Under the pieces are notes generated by a model, which was given only the letters and a program-made list of their open reading frames with translations, was not told where the DNA came from and did not search any database. Below are positions 12,761 through 24,799 of a DNA stretch of 64,000 bases, piece by piece. The first letter of the stretch is position 1, and each line of letters opens with the position of its first letter. The DNA is from the human T2T-CHM13v2.0 reference genome, Homo sapiens: the NCBI RefSeq assembly GCF_009914755.1, contig NC_060927.1; one strand, written 5' to 3'. A program made the position numbers and the translations under genes.

Positions 12761-14484
12761 TTGCTTTAGACAGTAAATACATCATTAGTAACCACATTAA
12801 TTTCCATTACTCAAGAAATTCACTGAACACCCTGGCATATTCTAAACATGACAACTTGACCATTTCTCCCTGAGGCTCATTTTCTCTTTGTTGCCCTTCT
12901 GGGGTTAAAAACAACAACAACAACCAAAGTCAATGAGACAATAATTTTAGCTTAGAACTTAAGGATCCTTTTCATGCTCTACTTAATAATAAATAGCAGA
13001 GGACTTCTTTGAAAAACATCTTTAATGTAGTTGCTAAAACAATAAAATACACAACAGAGTACCCATCCTTTAAGGAGGCCAAATATATGATGCCCTCTCT
13101 TTTTTTTTTTTTTTATCATACATGAGTATTTCTGAAACAAGTTGAGCTAAACTTTGTATCCTTTGATATCATGGGAAATAAGGAAGCAGTGCACATTCTC
13201 TAAAGAAAATGACAATGATTTCTCATTCATTCTCTCATTCTTCTGTTTCTGTTTTCATTTGCTTTAAAAACTTCTTTTTCTTTTAAGATCTGACTTTCCT
13301 TCCAGGTGAGGAAAAAAGAATTTCCAAGTGAGGCCAATTAGAGTTGCCCAGATGAAGCAAAGTCCCCAGGGATCAATCAGAATGCCTACATAGATGAGAA
13401 AGTAGGAATATGTCCTTTCTTTCTCCTTGTTAGAGTTTAGTTTCTGCCCTGAGGAATTCTAGTTATTTATTTTCTATCAGAAAAAAGAATGAGCTCTCCA
13501 CAGCACTTAACTCTTTCCTACTTGATAGAAATATCCACCTTCACATTGTAACCTTGTGCTGTACCTCATTGACTTGTCCTTAGTTAATTATACAGAACAT
13601 CTCATTCATTCAGATTATGCTAACTGGGAAATAAAATATGTTTACAAGAATTAGGCCAAAACATACAATTGCACTGGAAATGGTGTAAAAGAGATTTATC
13701 AGACGCCAGCTTTAACTAGGAGATTAGATTTATGAATACTTCCCAGATTGTGTACTAGGGAACATTAGTGTTCATCAGGATATTAACAAGGAGTTTCGTG
13801 GTCAGATTAAATTGAGAAATGATAATTAACCATTTTCATTATAATGATGATAACCATTTTCATCATGCTCTTCTGAGCCTTGCAGCTCTGAATGTAGTCC
13901 GAGATTGGCTGCATTGGCATTACATAGTTACTTGTTATAAATGCACAATCTGTATTAATTCTGTAGTCCCACCCCCATACTACAGAATTAAAATGTTCAT
14001 TTGAACAAAATCCTCAAGCGATTCCTATGCACATTATAGTTTAATAGACACTACCTTGGATGATCTCAATTCATATTAGTATGGCAGCAAAAAAAAGTTT
14101 TTTTAAGTTGAATTCATAAATTTTTAAAGTCTTTTTCACTTTGTTTATCCTATGATATAATGAAATTATTTGACCACAGAAATATAGCTATTCTGTTTTT
14201 GAAACAGTTACTAATATTTCATGGCCCAAAACTTTTTCACATAAGATAGGAAAAAGCTAAGTCAAATTATATTTCAAAGGTCCTGGTAATTCTCATATTC
14301 TGATATCCTAAAAAGATGGTAAAGAATATACTTACCTTCTCAGAAAAGAAATATTATTTAAAAACGCTGAGCATCCTCTATTGGTGATATTGTCAATTAC
14401 CAGGTAGACTATAGTACTATACTGGTAAAGAGGCTTTTTCATGTGTAGTCTGTTTCCATCTAAAATGATGACCTCTGAAGATAT

Positions 14485-14485
<1 letters not shown>

Positions 14486-14516
<31 letters not shown>
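14486..14516 (+). repeat. (TG)n microsatellite
   Basis: About 16 perfect TG units. Confidence 0.97.
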
Positions 14517-14518
<2 letters not shown>

Positions 14519-16619
14519 GGCAGTCAGTGTTCAGCTTCTCTTGGCTGCATCCACTACAGAGGATGTCCTGAAATGGTCAGCCATGTCTCCCTCCAGCCTC
14601 ACATTACTACTGTCTCCCTGCCCTTCTGTATTGACTGGAATTTGGCCAGAGTTCTACCAGAGTAGTGCCTGGATCTTCATCTAACTTTTAAGGAATCACC
14701 AGACTTAAATTTATCCTTGAATTAAAATTACTTAAATAACTGAAATATCCCCTCCATATCTTCCAAAGTCTACCCAAATTTAGGACATGGTGGGTGTTAT
14801 TCCTTTCCTATACCCAGGCACACAGGTCTTTTCATATCCTGCTGGTATTAATTATTCCAATGCTCTTCTTGCTTTCAGAAATCCCTAGATGAAAGTAGAC
14901 ACCAACTCTGTTCCCATGTGTTGCACCCAAATTCAGGGTCCAAACACAAGCTGCACTGAGAACTCTTTTCTCAACCATTTGCTCCAACAAAGTGAGAATG
15001 GGTCTATTGTTTCTTGTCCTAGTGTATATCCCCCATGAAGAAACAAGATGTCATTGTCCCTTTTTGAAAGACAGAGAATAAAGTGTTCCTTCTTGAAAGA
15101 ATGATTTCTTAGATCCATATGTTATCTTATAAAACCAATGCAAAGTGTGCTTTTCAACCAACCATTTTCTGAGACATCAATAAAAATAATTTTATGCTTT
15201 GTATGAATAAATCCAACAGGTTTTCAGTCTTATTTTAGTCTCTTGCCTTAAAAAGGAATAAAAAATGTATGTATTTCAGAAAGAAAATGTAGAATTTAGG
15301 CTGTTTTCTTCCATTTTCTTCCTTGAAAATAATCTACTTTGGATTTCTTTTGAAGACAAGTGGACATTTGGCATTTACAGCTTCATAGAATTGTAAAGTT
15401 ATGTCTCTCTAGCAACAAAGCACAGTGCCATATTTCTGAATAAATACGTTCTTCCTTGAGTTAAAATTGCTTACAAAGAATCTGTAATAAATCAATCTTA
15501 GTCTTTAGATTTACTGTTTAAGGTCAAACTATGTCAATTGTGTTTTTAAATTCAGATTTCATTTTGAAGCAACATTTTATAATTATGTCTAATTTCTATT
15601 TGTGCTTATCTGTTTTGAAAAAATTTAGATTAGGTCAATCACAAGTCAAAAAAATGACTACCTTCTGGCTCCCTCTCAAAAATGTCCACTGTTCAAATAA
15701 AAAAAAATAACATTTTGCTCAGAAATTCTAATTTTTTAAGGGGTGAAAGTAAGATGTGTTTATTTATGGTATATTCATTCCAGAGTATTCTTAAGAATGC
15801 CCTTACTGGAAAGATGTTAGGTCTGAGAAATAAAGAGGAGCTTGAAAACTCACAAGAAAGCATTTTTTAAGCCAGCAGTGAAAGAACTTTTGATGTTTCA
15901 AGGTCATTTCACTGTGGGAGGAAATTGATAGCGTCTAATTAGAGTAGAAATGCTATAAAGTCTGTTCAGTAGAGATGTACTTGGCTAGCAGGATGAAGTC
16001 AGAGGAAGTATATAAAATTTTCTCTTATTGACTTACATTTTCCATGGTCCCCAAAACTTAAATGTATGTTAATATCACCTACAGTGTTTTTATCCTTGTT
16101 GAGATTAAAATATGAAACCTGGGAGTTTTCTCCTGCTTAGTTCCTTATTATGGGTATTCAAACAAATGCTGAGTTGTAGATTTAATTCCTTATGAATTGC
16201 CTCCACTTAACAAAATCCCAAAACATTTACTCAGAGGTTGCTATGCAAAAGCCACCGCAGATGCAAAAGATCCTAGAGATGCCTACAATTTGGACCTTGG
16301 ATTTAGGTGATTATAATTATAGTTGCAAATAATTATGTGTCAATATTCCGTATTTTACCTGGAAAAAAAAATTCTGTTCAAAAGTTTTAAATGTATTTAC
16401 ACTCACTTTCCAAGGTAGGGGGTGATAGTATTCATGTTAGTCATATATTTATATTTCACACTATTTCTCTCTTCTGCTTTCATCGATTGATGAGAATGGG
16501 GAAAAATTATTATAAACTTAATGCCTCTGCAGTTTTTCTGTGTCACTAAATAATGAGAGTCTGAGAAAATATGTATTGTTTAGCAGGACATCTTCATGTG
16601 TTTTCCAACTTAAAAAATA

Positions 16620-16885
16620 CAACATGCATGTTTTCAATTGTAAGTGGGAGCTAAATGATGAGAACACACAGACACATAGAGGGGAATTGGGGCCTATCAG
16701 ATGGTGTAGGGTGGGAGGAAGGAGAGGATCAGGAAAAATAACTAATGAGTACTGACTAGGTTTAATTCTTAGGTGATGAAATATTCTGTACAACAAGCCC
16801 CCATGACACAAGTTTACCTATGTAACAAACCTGCACATGTACCTCTGAAATAAGTTAAATAACAAATAAATAAATAATAAAATAA
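16620..16885 (+). mobile_element. L1PA13-16-type 3' end, 5'-truncated
   Basis: agtgggagctaaatgatgagaacac..gagaggatcaggaaaaataactaatg..ccccatgacacaagtttacctatgtaacaaacctgcacatgtac plus A-rich tail. Confidence 0.88.
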
Positions 16886-17929
16886 TTGTGATTAAAAAGA
16901 GACAATATGCTGTAAAATATTTATTTAATAAAATAGCTTTTTAATCTGTACAGAATTGAATAAAAAATAAATAAAAATATAACATACTTAATAACCTATT
17001 TCCAAATCTATTCTTATTAAACTATTAATAAGCTAGGGATTTTTCTGAAAAACAATACTTTTTTCTTAGAAGAATATAATGTTGGATTCCTTGCTTTAAC
17101 TTTGTGATGCTTCATGGATCACCTATCTCAAATCTCTCATTCTACTTAATGACCCAGGTTTCTTGAATTGAGTGACTAGAGAAAGGAATTTATAGAAGAT
17201 CTTTAAGATGCTTCATTTTTACCCCTAAAAGAAAAACAGTGAAACCAAGAGGACGGCGCTAGCTGTAGATAATTTAGGGTAATTCAACCCAGAGATGGAG
17301 CAAGTAATTATTTCTGTTCTTGTCTCATCCTGGTTGCCTTCTATTTATCCTAACAAAAAAGCCACAACAAGTTCCCTATAAAGAGTTCCTGTTGTCCATT
17401 TTATAAAGAGGAGGAGGATCAACTTTATTTATGAACATTACAATTTATCAGAGGGACTCTGGTTCTATGTAGGCAAATTCCAAATAACATTAAATTCAAA
17501 TTCTTTTTATTCAAGTTCTATCAGATTTGCTGCCCATCTGTTAATCCCACTTGACTTCACAGTGCTGTTTATCTCCTAATAATGTTTTTATAGGATTGCC
17601 ATTGCATACTATTTTTTTTGTGTGTGATAGGTACACATAGAAGTCACATTCATTGTCCTTCCTAGTAATATCTGCATAGATTCTGATTCCATGATCCTTT
17701 AAAATGAGCAAAGTGAGAGGTACCATTCCAGAAAGAAGAAACAAGTCACCTTGTAAAATGATCTGCATTTTTGTCATGTCAGGAGCCTGCACGTGTTGGG
17801 TTACTTCATGAAGCAATTGTTGCCTACAGTAGCATTTCAGTTCAAAAGCCTGTTCCGTTAAATGCCATTTCCCAGTTCAAATGGACTTGAACTGATTCAG
17901 CATACAAATGGTAACATACTCTTTAAAAA

Positions 17930-18660
17930 TATAGTGCAGTGGTTAAACGTGAAGATTCTGGAGACAGGTCATCTGGGTTCAGAACCTGTACTTGCTGTGT
18001 GATCTTAGGCAAGCTACTTGATCACTGTTTCCTATATTTAAAATAGGGGGACAATAACACCAAGCTCATAAATCACTGTGAGAATTATGCAAGTTTATTA
18101 TACATGCTTCTCATGTGCCTGATACACACTGAGCAGTCAATAAACGCTTGCTGCTTCTATTTGAAATCTTAAAGAGACCATATAACAAAACCTCACCTTT
18201 GGGCAAATGAGCAAACTGAGGCTCAAATGTTAAATAATTGACCTATGTGTTCTGTCCATTAGAGTCCACCTTTACTTTCTCCTTATTTAAAGAAAGTTGA
18301 ATGCAAAGGCATTACTTGGAAAACCTGAGTTCAAGTTCCAGTTCCACCCTACATTTGTTCCATAACCTTGAGCAAGTTCCTTAATATTTCTATATGGCTC
18401 AGAATGGTTAAGTAATTTTTCCAAGGTCACACAGCTAGTGAGTAGTGGGACTTGGATTCAACTTGAGCAAGTCTAATTCTAAAATCAGATTTTTGTCCCT
18501 ACTATAATGTCAAAGGTTGCTTTAGGTAATATGTACATATCACTTTTGGTCAACGAAGAAACTGAAGTTAAATGTCTAATGCACAGTTACAGCAAATTTA
18601 GACAGAGCTTGGACTACAACGGAAGTCACTAAGCTATCAATTAAATATTCTTCCCACTAG
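17930..18660. mobile_element. Cluster of MIR fragments in both orientations
   Basis: gtgatcttaggcaagctacttga (+); caaactgaggctca and ccaaggtcacacagctagtgagt (-). Confidence 0.75.
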
Positions 18661-19001
18661 ATCAGTGATTCTTAATCCTAGCTGCATATTAGTCTTACCT
18701 GGGTAACCCACTTCAAAAAGACACCTTTACCTGGGGCCCTATCTCAGACAAATTATTTTTTCAAAGTCTCACTGAATTAATTGTAAGGTGCTAATGTGAA
18801 GAACTGCTGACCTTGACTGAAAGAGTGCAAAGAGGATTATTTTGCCAAAACAGACTCACTACCAGGTTGCTTCCAAATTAACTAAACTCAGAACTGTCCT
18901 AACACAAACACAGGTGGGAGTGGCTCTAAGCCCTGTTATTTACCCTTCACTTTCTAACATTTTATCAAAGTCAGTCTCCAGTATAGATGAGTAGCTATGG
19001 G

Positions 19002-20292
19002 AAAATACTAGGAATAATCCTCCCAGGCCCTCTTATTTTTTTCCTGGTTTCTTATTTCTTAACTGGATTGTCTCCTCCTCTATGCTATTATATTCCACTG
19101 CTGGATTAGTCTTACTGACAGCTCTTACCTTGCTATTCTGCTTTCCAAGAGTTTCAGTGATTCCTCAGCACCCGCAGAGGAGGTGTAAATACACTTTATC
19201 TGGAGCTACCAAGACCTCTAGCATCTTTCCAAAGTGACGTTTCCAAACTTTTCCATGACTAATTCACCTTCATTTTACATGCCTTAAAGAGCATTGTAAC
19301 TCCATAGGGCTTTCTGAAACTGCACTGTGCTGTCACCCTTTGTGCTTTTGCTATGTTATTCCTTTGTCTCTAATGTTTTGCCCTGTAACCCTACTTGTGA
19401 GTATCCTACTTATTGCATCATTAAGCCCAAGCAATTTTCTGCTTTCCCATCTTGACTATGACTGTTTATCCTTGAATGCACAAATCCTATCCAGACCATT
19501 GAAATGCCATTCCCCGCTTTGAGCTCAATGGTTCAAGACTAGCCTGTCCAAAATGACAAAACCCCGTCTCTACCAAAAAAAAAAAAAAAAAAAAAGCAAA
19601 AATAGTCAGGCATTGGTGGCTCACTCCTGTAGTCCCAGCTACTCAGAAGCTGAGGCTGGAGACTCACTTGAGCCCAGGAGGCCTGTGTTGCAGTGAGCCA
19701 AGATCATACCACTGCACTCCAGCCTGGGTGACAAAGTGAGACCCTGAAAAAAAAAAAAGAGAGAGAAAGAAGAAAGAAAGAAAGAAAAAGAAAAAGAAAG
19801 AAAGGTAATTTTCTTGACTATTTCATCCATCCCTTTCTCTTCTCAACTCCTCACCAAAACTTTTTTTAATTTATTGAACTTCCATAGAAATTTTTTTAAT
19901 TTTTAATTTACTTCATTACTTTGTCACTTATATTTAAAGGCAGAGATTATTTTGGATTTATCCTTATATTCCACACATCCCAAAGCCTAGTAAATAATAC
20001 TATAGACACTTCTAGTTTGCCTTCTCCTATGAAAGAACAACAACAAAATACTAGATATAATCCTCTCAGGCCCTCATTATTTCTTTCTTGGTTTCTTATT
20101 TCTTATCTGGATTGTCTCCCCTTCTGTCTTATTATATCCCATTTCTAGATGAGTCTTACTAACAGCTCTCACGTAATTCTGCTCTTCTAGAGCTTCAGTG
20201 ATTCCTCTATGCCTACAGATTAAAGGTCAGTGCCCTTTATCCAGAACTCCCTAGACTTGTATAATCTAGTCTTAAGTGACCGTCCCAAACTT
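19002..20292 (+). repeat. Old ~250-bp direct duplication (19002-19250 and 20045-20292)
   Basis: Collinear aaaatactag..taatcct..caggccctc..ggtttcttatttctta.ctggattgtctcc..agtcttact.acagctct..tcagtgattcctc..aagtgac..ccaaactt. Confidence 0.85.
19513..19803 (+). mobile_element. 5'-truncated AluJ-like element with expanded middle A-tract and GAAA-rich tail
   Basis: Partial left arm, A-run of about 22, right arm cttgagcccaggagg..gtgagaccctg. Confidence 0.88.
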
Positions 20293-20369
20293 ATCTCTAT
20301 CTTGTTTACCTCTACCTTCTAACATTTTATCAAATATTTAATCAAAATTTTATCTCTTCTAGTCTCAAG

Positions 20370-20765
20370 CCACACCCAACCTTCAGATGGAACATGTGGA
20401 TCTGGCCTAAGCCCACCTGTGCACACCATTCTCTGGTCCATGGTGACTGCTTCCAGGCACATGACCTAAGCTGGTCATAGAATAAATTTTAGGAGTCTGC
20501 TTTAGGGTTTGAACCATTAAATGTGTAGATAGCAAGGTTCTGGTAATTATTCTGCAACTAAGAGAAAAAAAAAAACTGTTTCAAATAAGACTAAGAGATA
20601 GAGAAAGAAAGGTTGAATCCCAGAGACACATCTAGGACCTCTCTGTCCAGGATAGCCTAAAACTAGACCTCTCTCTGAACCATCCAGTTATATAAATCCC
20701 ACACATTTACTTTTATGTTTACATTAGGACTTCTGTACCTTGAAATCTATGAAATCACAAACACA
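20370..20765 (+). mobile_element. Degenerate MLT1 (MaLR) LTR
   Basis: ggcacatgacctaagctgg..ccagttatataaatccc..acttctgtaccttgaaatc. Confidence 0.55.
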
Positions 20766-22196
20766 AGACATTCACTCAATAACTGTTAGGTAACCAATCA
20801 GCCTTTCAACCGCATTAAAATATGCCAGGAGGAGGCTATATAGGATACCGCAACAACTCTCTGGTTTAATTTGACTAAGTTTTTATTTTTCAATTTTTGT
20901 TTTTTATCTCAGCGTAAGAGATGTAATATACTAAAGCTTATCTGATATGAGGCTACAAAATAAACACAAGGATAGAAAAAACCCTCATGTCCCTCTCTCT
21001 ATTAACCTCATGCAGCAAGGGTCTGTGTTCATCATTAGTTTGACTTTGCAATGCAGAAAACAGACAGTTTCCTCCAATCCACTTAATTGTAAATCAGGAT
21101 CTTCAGCTAAGGCTCAGAACAAAGATCAAAGATAAAAAAGGAAAAAGAGAAACCTTCATGTCCGGATCATGCTCTTATCTTCAGGACAACTTGAGTTTCT
21201 TTCAGGTATTTGTAAAAGCAAGAGAAAATCAATGAGAATTAAGGTCGGAGGAGACGACCAATAGGACTGTTACAGGTTTATCATGTTTTGGATGCAAAGT
21301 GGCTGGTGCTCATCCTGAGTCCATCATCTGTCTCAGGAAGACAGCAAACTATTGTGCTTGTGTTTTCAGAATTGCAGTGGAGATAATGCTGTTAACACAA
21401 TGGGGCATTGCAAGAAACTCATAGGCACAAGGATTGATCACAGATATTGCTTATGGGATCTCAGAGGGTAAAGAATACCCTTGGATGAAGAGCTGCTTAA
21501 AAGATCATGGACAGTTACAGCAAATTTAGACAAAGCTTGGACTACAATGGAAATCCAAGAAGGTTGAAGAGTTCTATAGAACCATCCAGGAGGCACTAAA
21601 CTCGAGATATATTTATTACACAGCAGAAAAAGTTGAAAAAGGAAAGGAGGAAGGTGGTAAAAGTGAAGTAGATGAAGAAATCTGGGTAGCCTAAAATAGT
21701 ATATTTATATACTAAAATAATACATTGAGGCTGTTCTTTCCTTGTGTTGCTGGTGGAGATACAGACTTGGAATACATAAAGGAGCAAGTTACTATTATTA
21801 TGTGGAACAATTAAGGTGGAGAACTTCAAATGCCACATCAATTATTATGTAAATCCTAATGATGCCAAGAAACTCACATTCAACTAAAGGGTCCTATGTG
21901 TGTGGCTGAGGTAAAATGTGGCCTTTTGAAGTTGTCAATAAAGGAACAAATAGATTGTTGTGAATATATAGGGTCTGATGAGCCACTTACCAGCAGCTTC
22001 CAAGAGGAAAATGTACAGGCCCAAAAAAATGTCACAGAACTGCCAAAAGGATAGGAAATCGATGACATAAATGATGAAATAACTCATTCTTCTACTTGCT
22101 CTTTATTGGTGTTAAATAATTGCTAAATTTTTATTTGAATGGAAAAACAGAAGGAAATTGGTGAGTGACAGCTCCTTCAAAGATGATCCTCTAAAC

Positions 22197-22722
22197 CAGT
22201 GGTCCCCAACCTTTTTGGCACCAGGGACCAGTCTCATGGAAGACAGTTTTTCCATGGATGAGGGGTGGGGAGGATGGTTTGGGGATGATTCAAGCACATT
22301 ACATTTATTGTGCACTTTATTTCTAGTATTATTACATTGTCATTTATAATTAAATAATTATACAACTCATCATAATGTACAATCAGTGGGAGCCCTGAGC
22401 TTGTTTTCCTGCCACTAGAGGGTCCCATCTGGGATGACAGGAGACAGTGACAGGTCATTAGATTCTCATAAGGAGCATGCAACCTAGATCCCTCACCATG
22501 TGCAGTTCACAATAGGACACACACTCCTGTGAGAATCTATTGTCACTGCTGATCCGACATGAGGCAGATCTTGGGCCATAATGTGAACAACGGGAAGCAG
22601 CATCTGTATTGAACAGATGAAGCTTCACTTGCTCGCCCACTGCTCACCTCCTGGTGTGTGGCCTGGTTCCTAACAGGCCACAGACTGCCACCAGTCCATG
22701 GCCCTGGGGTTGGGAATCTTTG
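22197..22722. mobile_element. MER1A (hAT-Charlie) DNA transposon
   Basis: Termini cagtggtccccaacc...ggggttgggaatctttg; about 525 bp; typical MER1 interior. Confidence 0.9.
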
Positions 22723-23593
22723 CTTTAATTATGTCCAAAAAAGTGTATGTCCCTTAAACAATTTAGATCATCACCAATGGGAAAACAGTGGATACTTCTC
22801 ATGGTAAACAGAGGAAACAGAAAAGGAAGTAAGCTAAGCAAGTCATGAGTGAAATTTACTAGGCTTTTGACCTGGGAGAGTAGTTATCTGAGGAAACTTA
22901 GTGTAGAATTGACTATAGTTTACCCTGGCATTTGGATAGCTATTGTTGGTGAAATATTCACACTCGTTCATGCAACTACTTTATGACATATGAACTCTTT
23001 GCCTGCTTTATTTTCCTTAGCATTTAACTTTAAAACAAAATTTTAAAAAAACCTAACATTGTGTGTGTGTCTAGATAGATAAGAGAGAGACATAGAGACA
23101 TCAACACATAGATACAAATATACAGATATAGATGATATAGATACAGACACATCAAAATATCAGCCTATCTCAGAAAATAGGAAGGGGAAGAGGTTACTTA
23201 TAATTTGACCAGAATTTAGAAGGCTAAGTAGTATGTGCCCTTGGAGTTAATAGTAGCAGTACCCAGGTTGAGAACCACAAGGAAAAGACAGCCCCATAAA
23301 AAAACAAGGACTCACTACTCTGCTCTCTCCCACTTTTCAAAGTGATTGCCATTTGCCCTTTATTGACACTCCTTTGTTATTTTCCCCAGAGAAAAATAAC
23401 TATGCATTATTCTAGCAGGTGTACTAGTAACCCTCACTTCTCTCCATTCCCACACACCTGAAAGTTCCCCTTCCAGGGATGGGGAATCCCAGAGACATAT
23501 CTAGGGCCTCTCTGTCCAGGTCCTAGACAGGGATCTGGGTCTGGATTAACATAGAAAGCCCTTCACATTTTACAATGTGGATGTGCATGGTTC

Positions 23594-24046
23594 TGAGAGG
23601 TGAAGCCAGCTGAGCTTCTGGGTCAGATGGGGAGCCTCAGAACTTTTGTGTCTAGCTAAAGGACTGTAAATATACCTATCAGCGCTCTGTGTCTAGCTAA
23701 AGGATTGTAAATGCACCAATCAGCATTCTGTAAAATCTGTGAAGGTCTGCGGCTCACTCCTGAAGTCAGCGAGACCACAAACCCACTGGGAGGAACAGAC
23801 AACTCCGGACGCACCACCTTTAAGACCTGTAACACTCACTGCCAAGGTCTGTGGCTTCACTCCTGAAGTCAGCGAGACCATGAACCCACCGGAAGGAAGA
23901 AACTCTGGACACATCTGAACATCTGAAGGAACAAACTCTGGACACACCATCTTTAAGAACTGTAACACTCACCACGAGGGTCCACGGCTTCATTCTTGAA
24001 GTCAGTGAGACCAAGAACTTACTGGAAGGAACTAATTCCAGACACA
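23594..24046 (+). mobile_element. LTR12-family (ERV9) solo LTR with internal deletion
   Basis: tgagaggtgaagccagctg...tccagacaca; perfect 4-bp TSD gttc; tgtctagctaaagga repeats; U5 repeats gaagtcagcgagacca. Confidence 0.92.
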
Positions 24047-24413
24047 GTTCTGCCATGACACTCTTCAGCCTGGTAGCCCAGGCAATTTTGCCATTGACTT
24101 TTCTAGGTTGTAAGACTTAGCTCTTCCTTGAAATAGAATGAATCTTCAAATTGTACCACATGTTAATATACTTAAAAATTAACAAGACAGAGAGGTGGTT
24201 AGTGGCTATAAGGTGTTCACTGTAAAATTCAACTTTGCTGAATTTCGAAACTTATCTATTAATAATAAAAACTGGGAAGTATTAGCAAGTGAGTATTTTG
24301 GTTTTTGTGGGGTTTTGTTCTTTTGCTTTGTTTCGTTTTGTTTTTACCAATTCTGTGTCATTCTTTATTTGAAATGCAACAAGAAAAACAGCAAGCTGTC
24401 AGTCATGCCATTA

Positions 24414-24799
<386 letters not shown>

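Larger units (their letters stand above)
10781..17696 (-). pseudogene. Cys-rich (VWC/PSP94-like) exon remnants (approx. 17545-17696, 15338-15435, 14870-15059, 14517-14680, 13275-13385, 13122-13199, 12254-12323, 11775-11903, 11050-11153, 10781-10828)
   Basis: 17.6 kb: T-R(W)-KDNE-C-DF-Y(C)-V-Y(C). 15.4 kb: AG|KYGTVLCC*. 15.0 kb: DP-F(C)-SL-C-W-S(C). 13.2 kb: AG|ECALLPY... 12.3 kb: AG|..QQPEGCCEI. 11.1 kb: AG|IWPEGST..NNG*DM. 10.8 kb: ..KVPHGC..LEP|GT. Confidence 0.6.

Noticed and set aside
13288-13310. Plus-strand 18-nt microexon or recursive-splice motif (ttttaAG|ATCTGACTTTCCTTCCAG|GTGAGG) with upstream TGC
   Set aside because: No other plus-strand coding exons are recognisable. The pyrimidine tract is explained as the complement of a Lys-rich end of a minus-strand pseudo-exon. 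Only RNA junction reads could rescue it.
14330-14400. Perfect minus-strand donor AAG|GTAAGT after a hydrophobic stretch, as an alternative signal-peptide exon
   Set aside because: It lies in the middle of the Cys-module series. It may be the tail of the 14.5-kb exon, but I cannot assign it.
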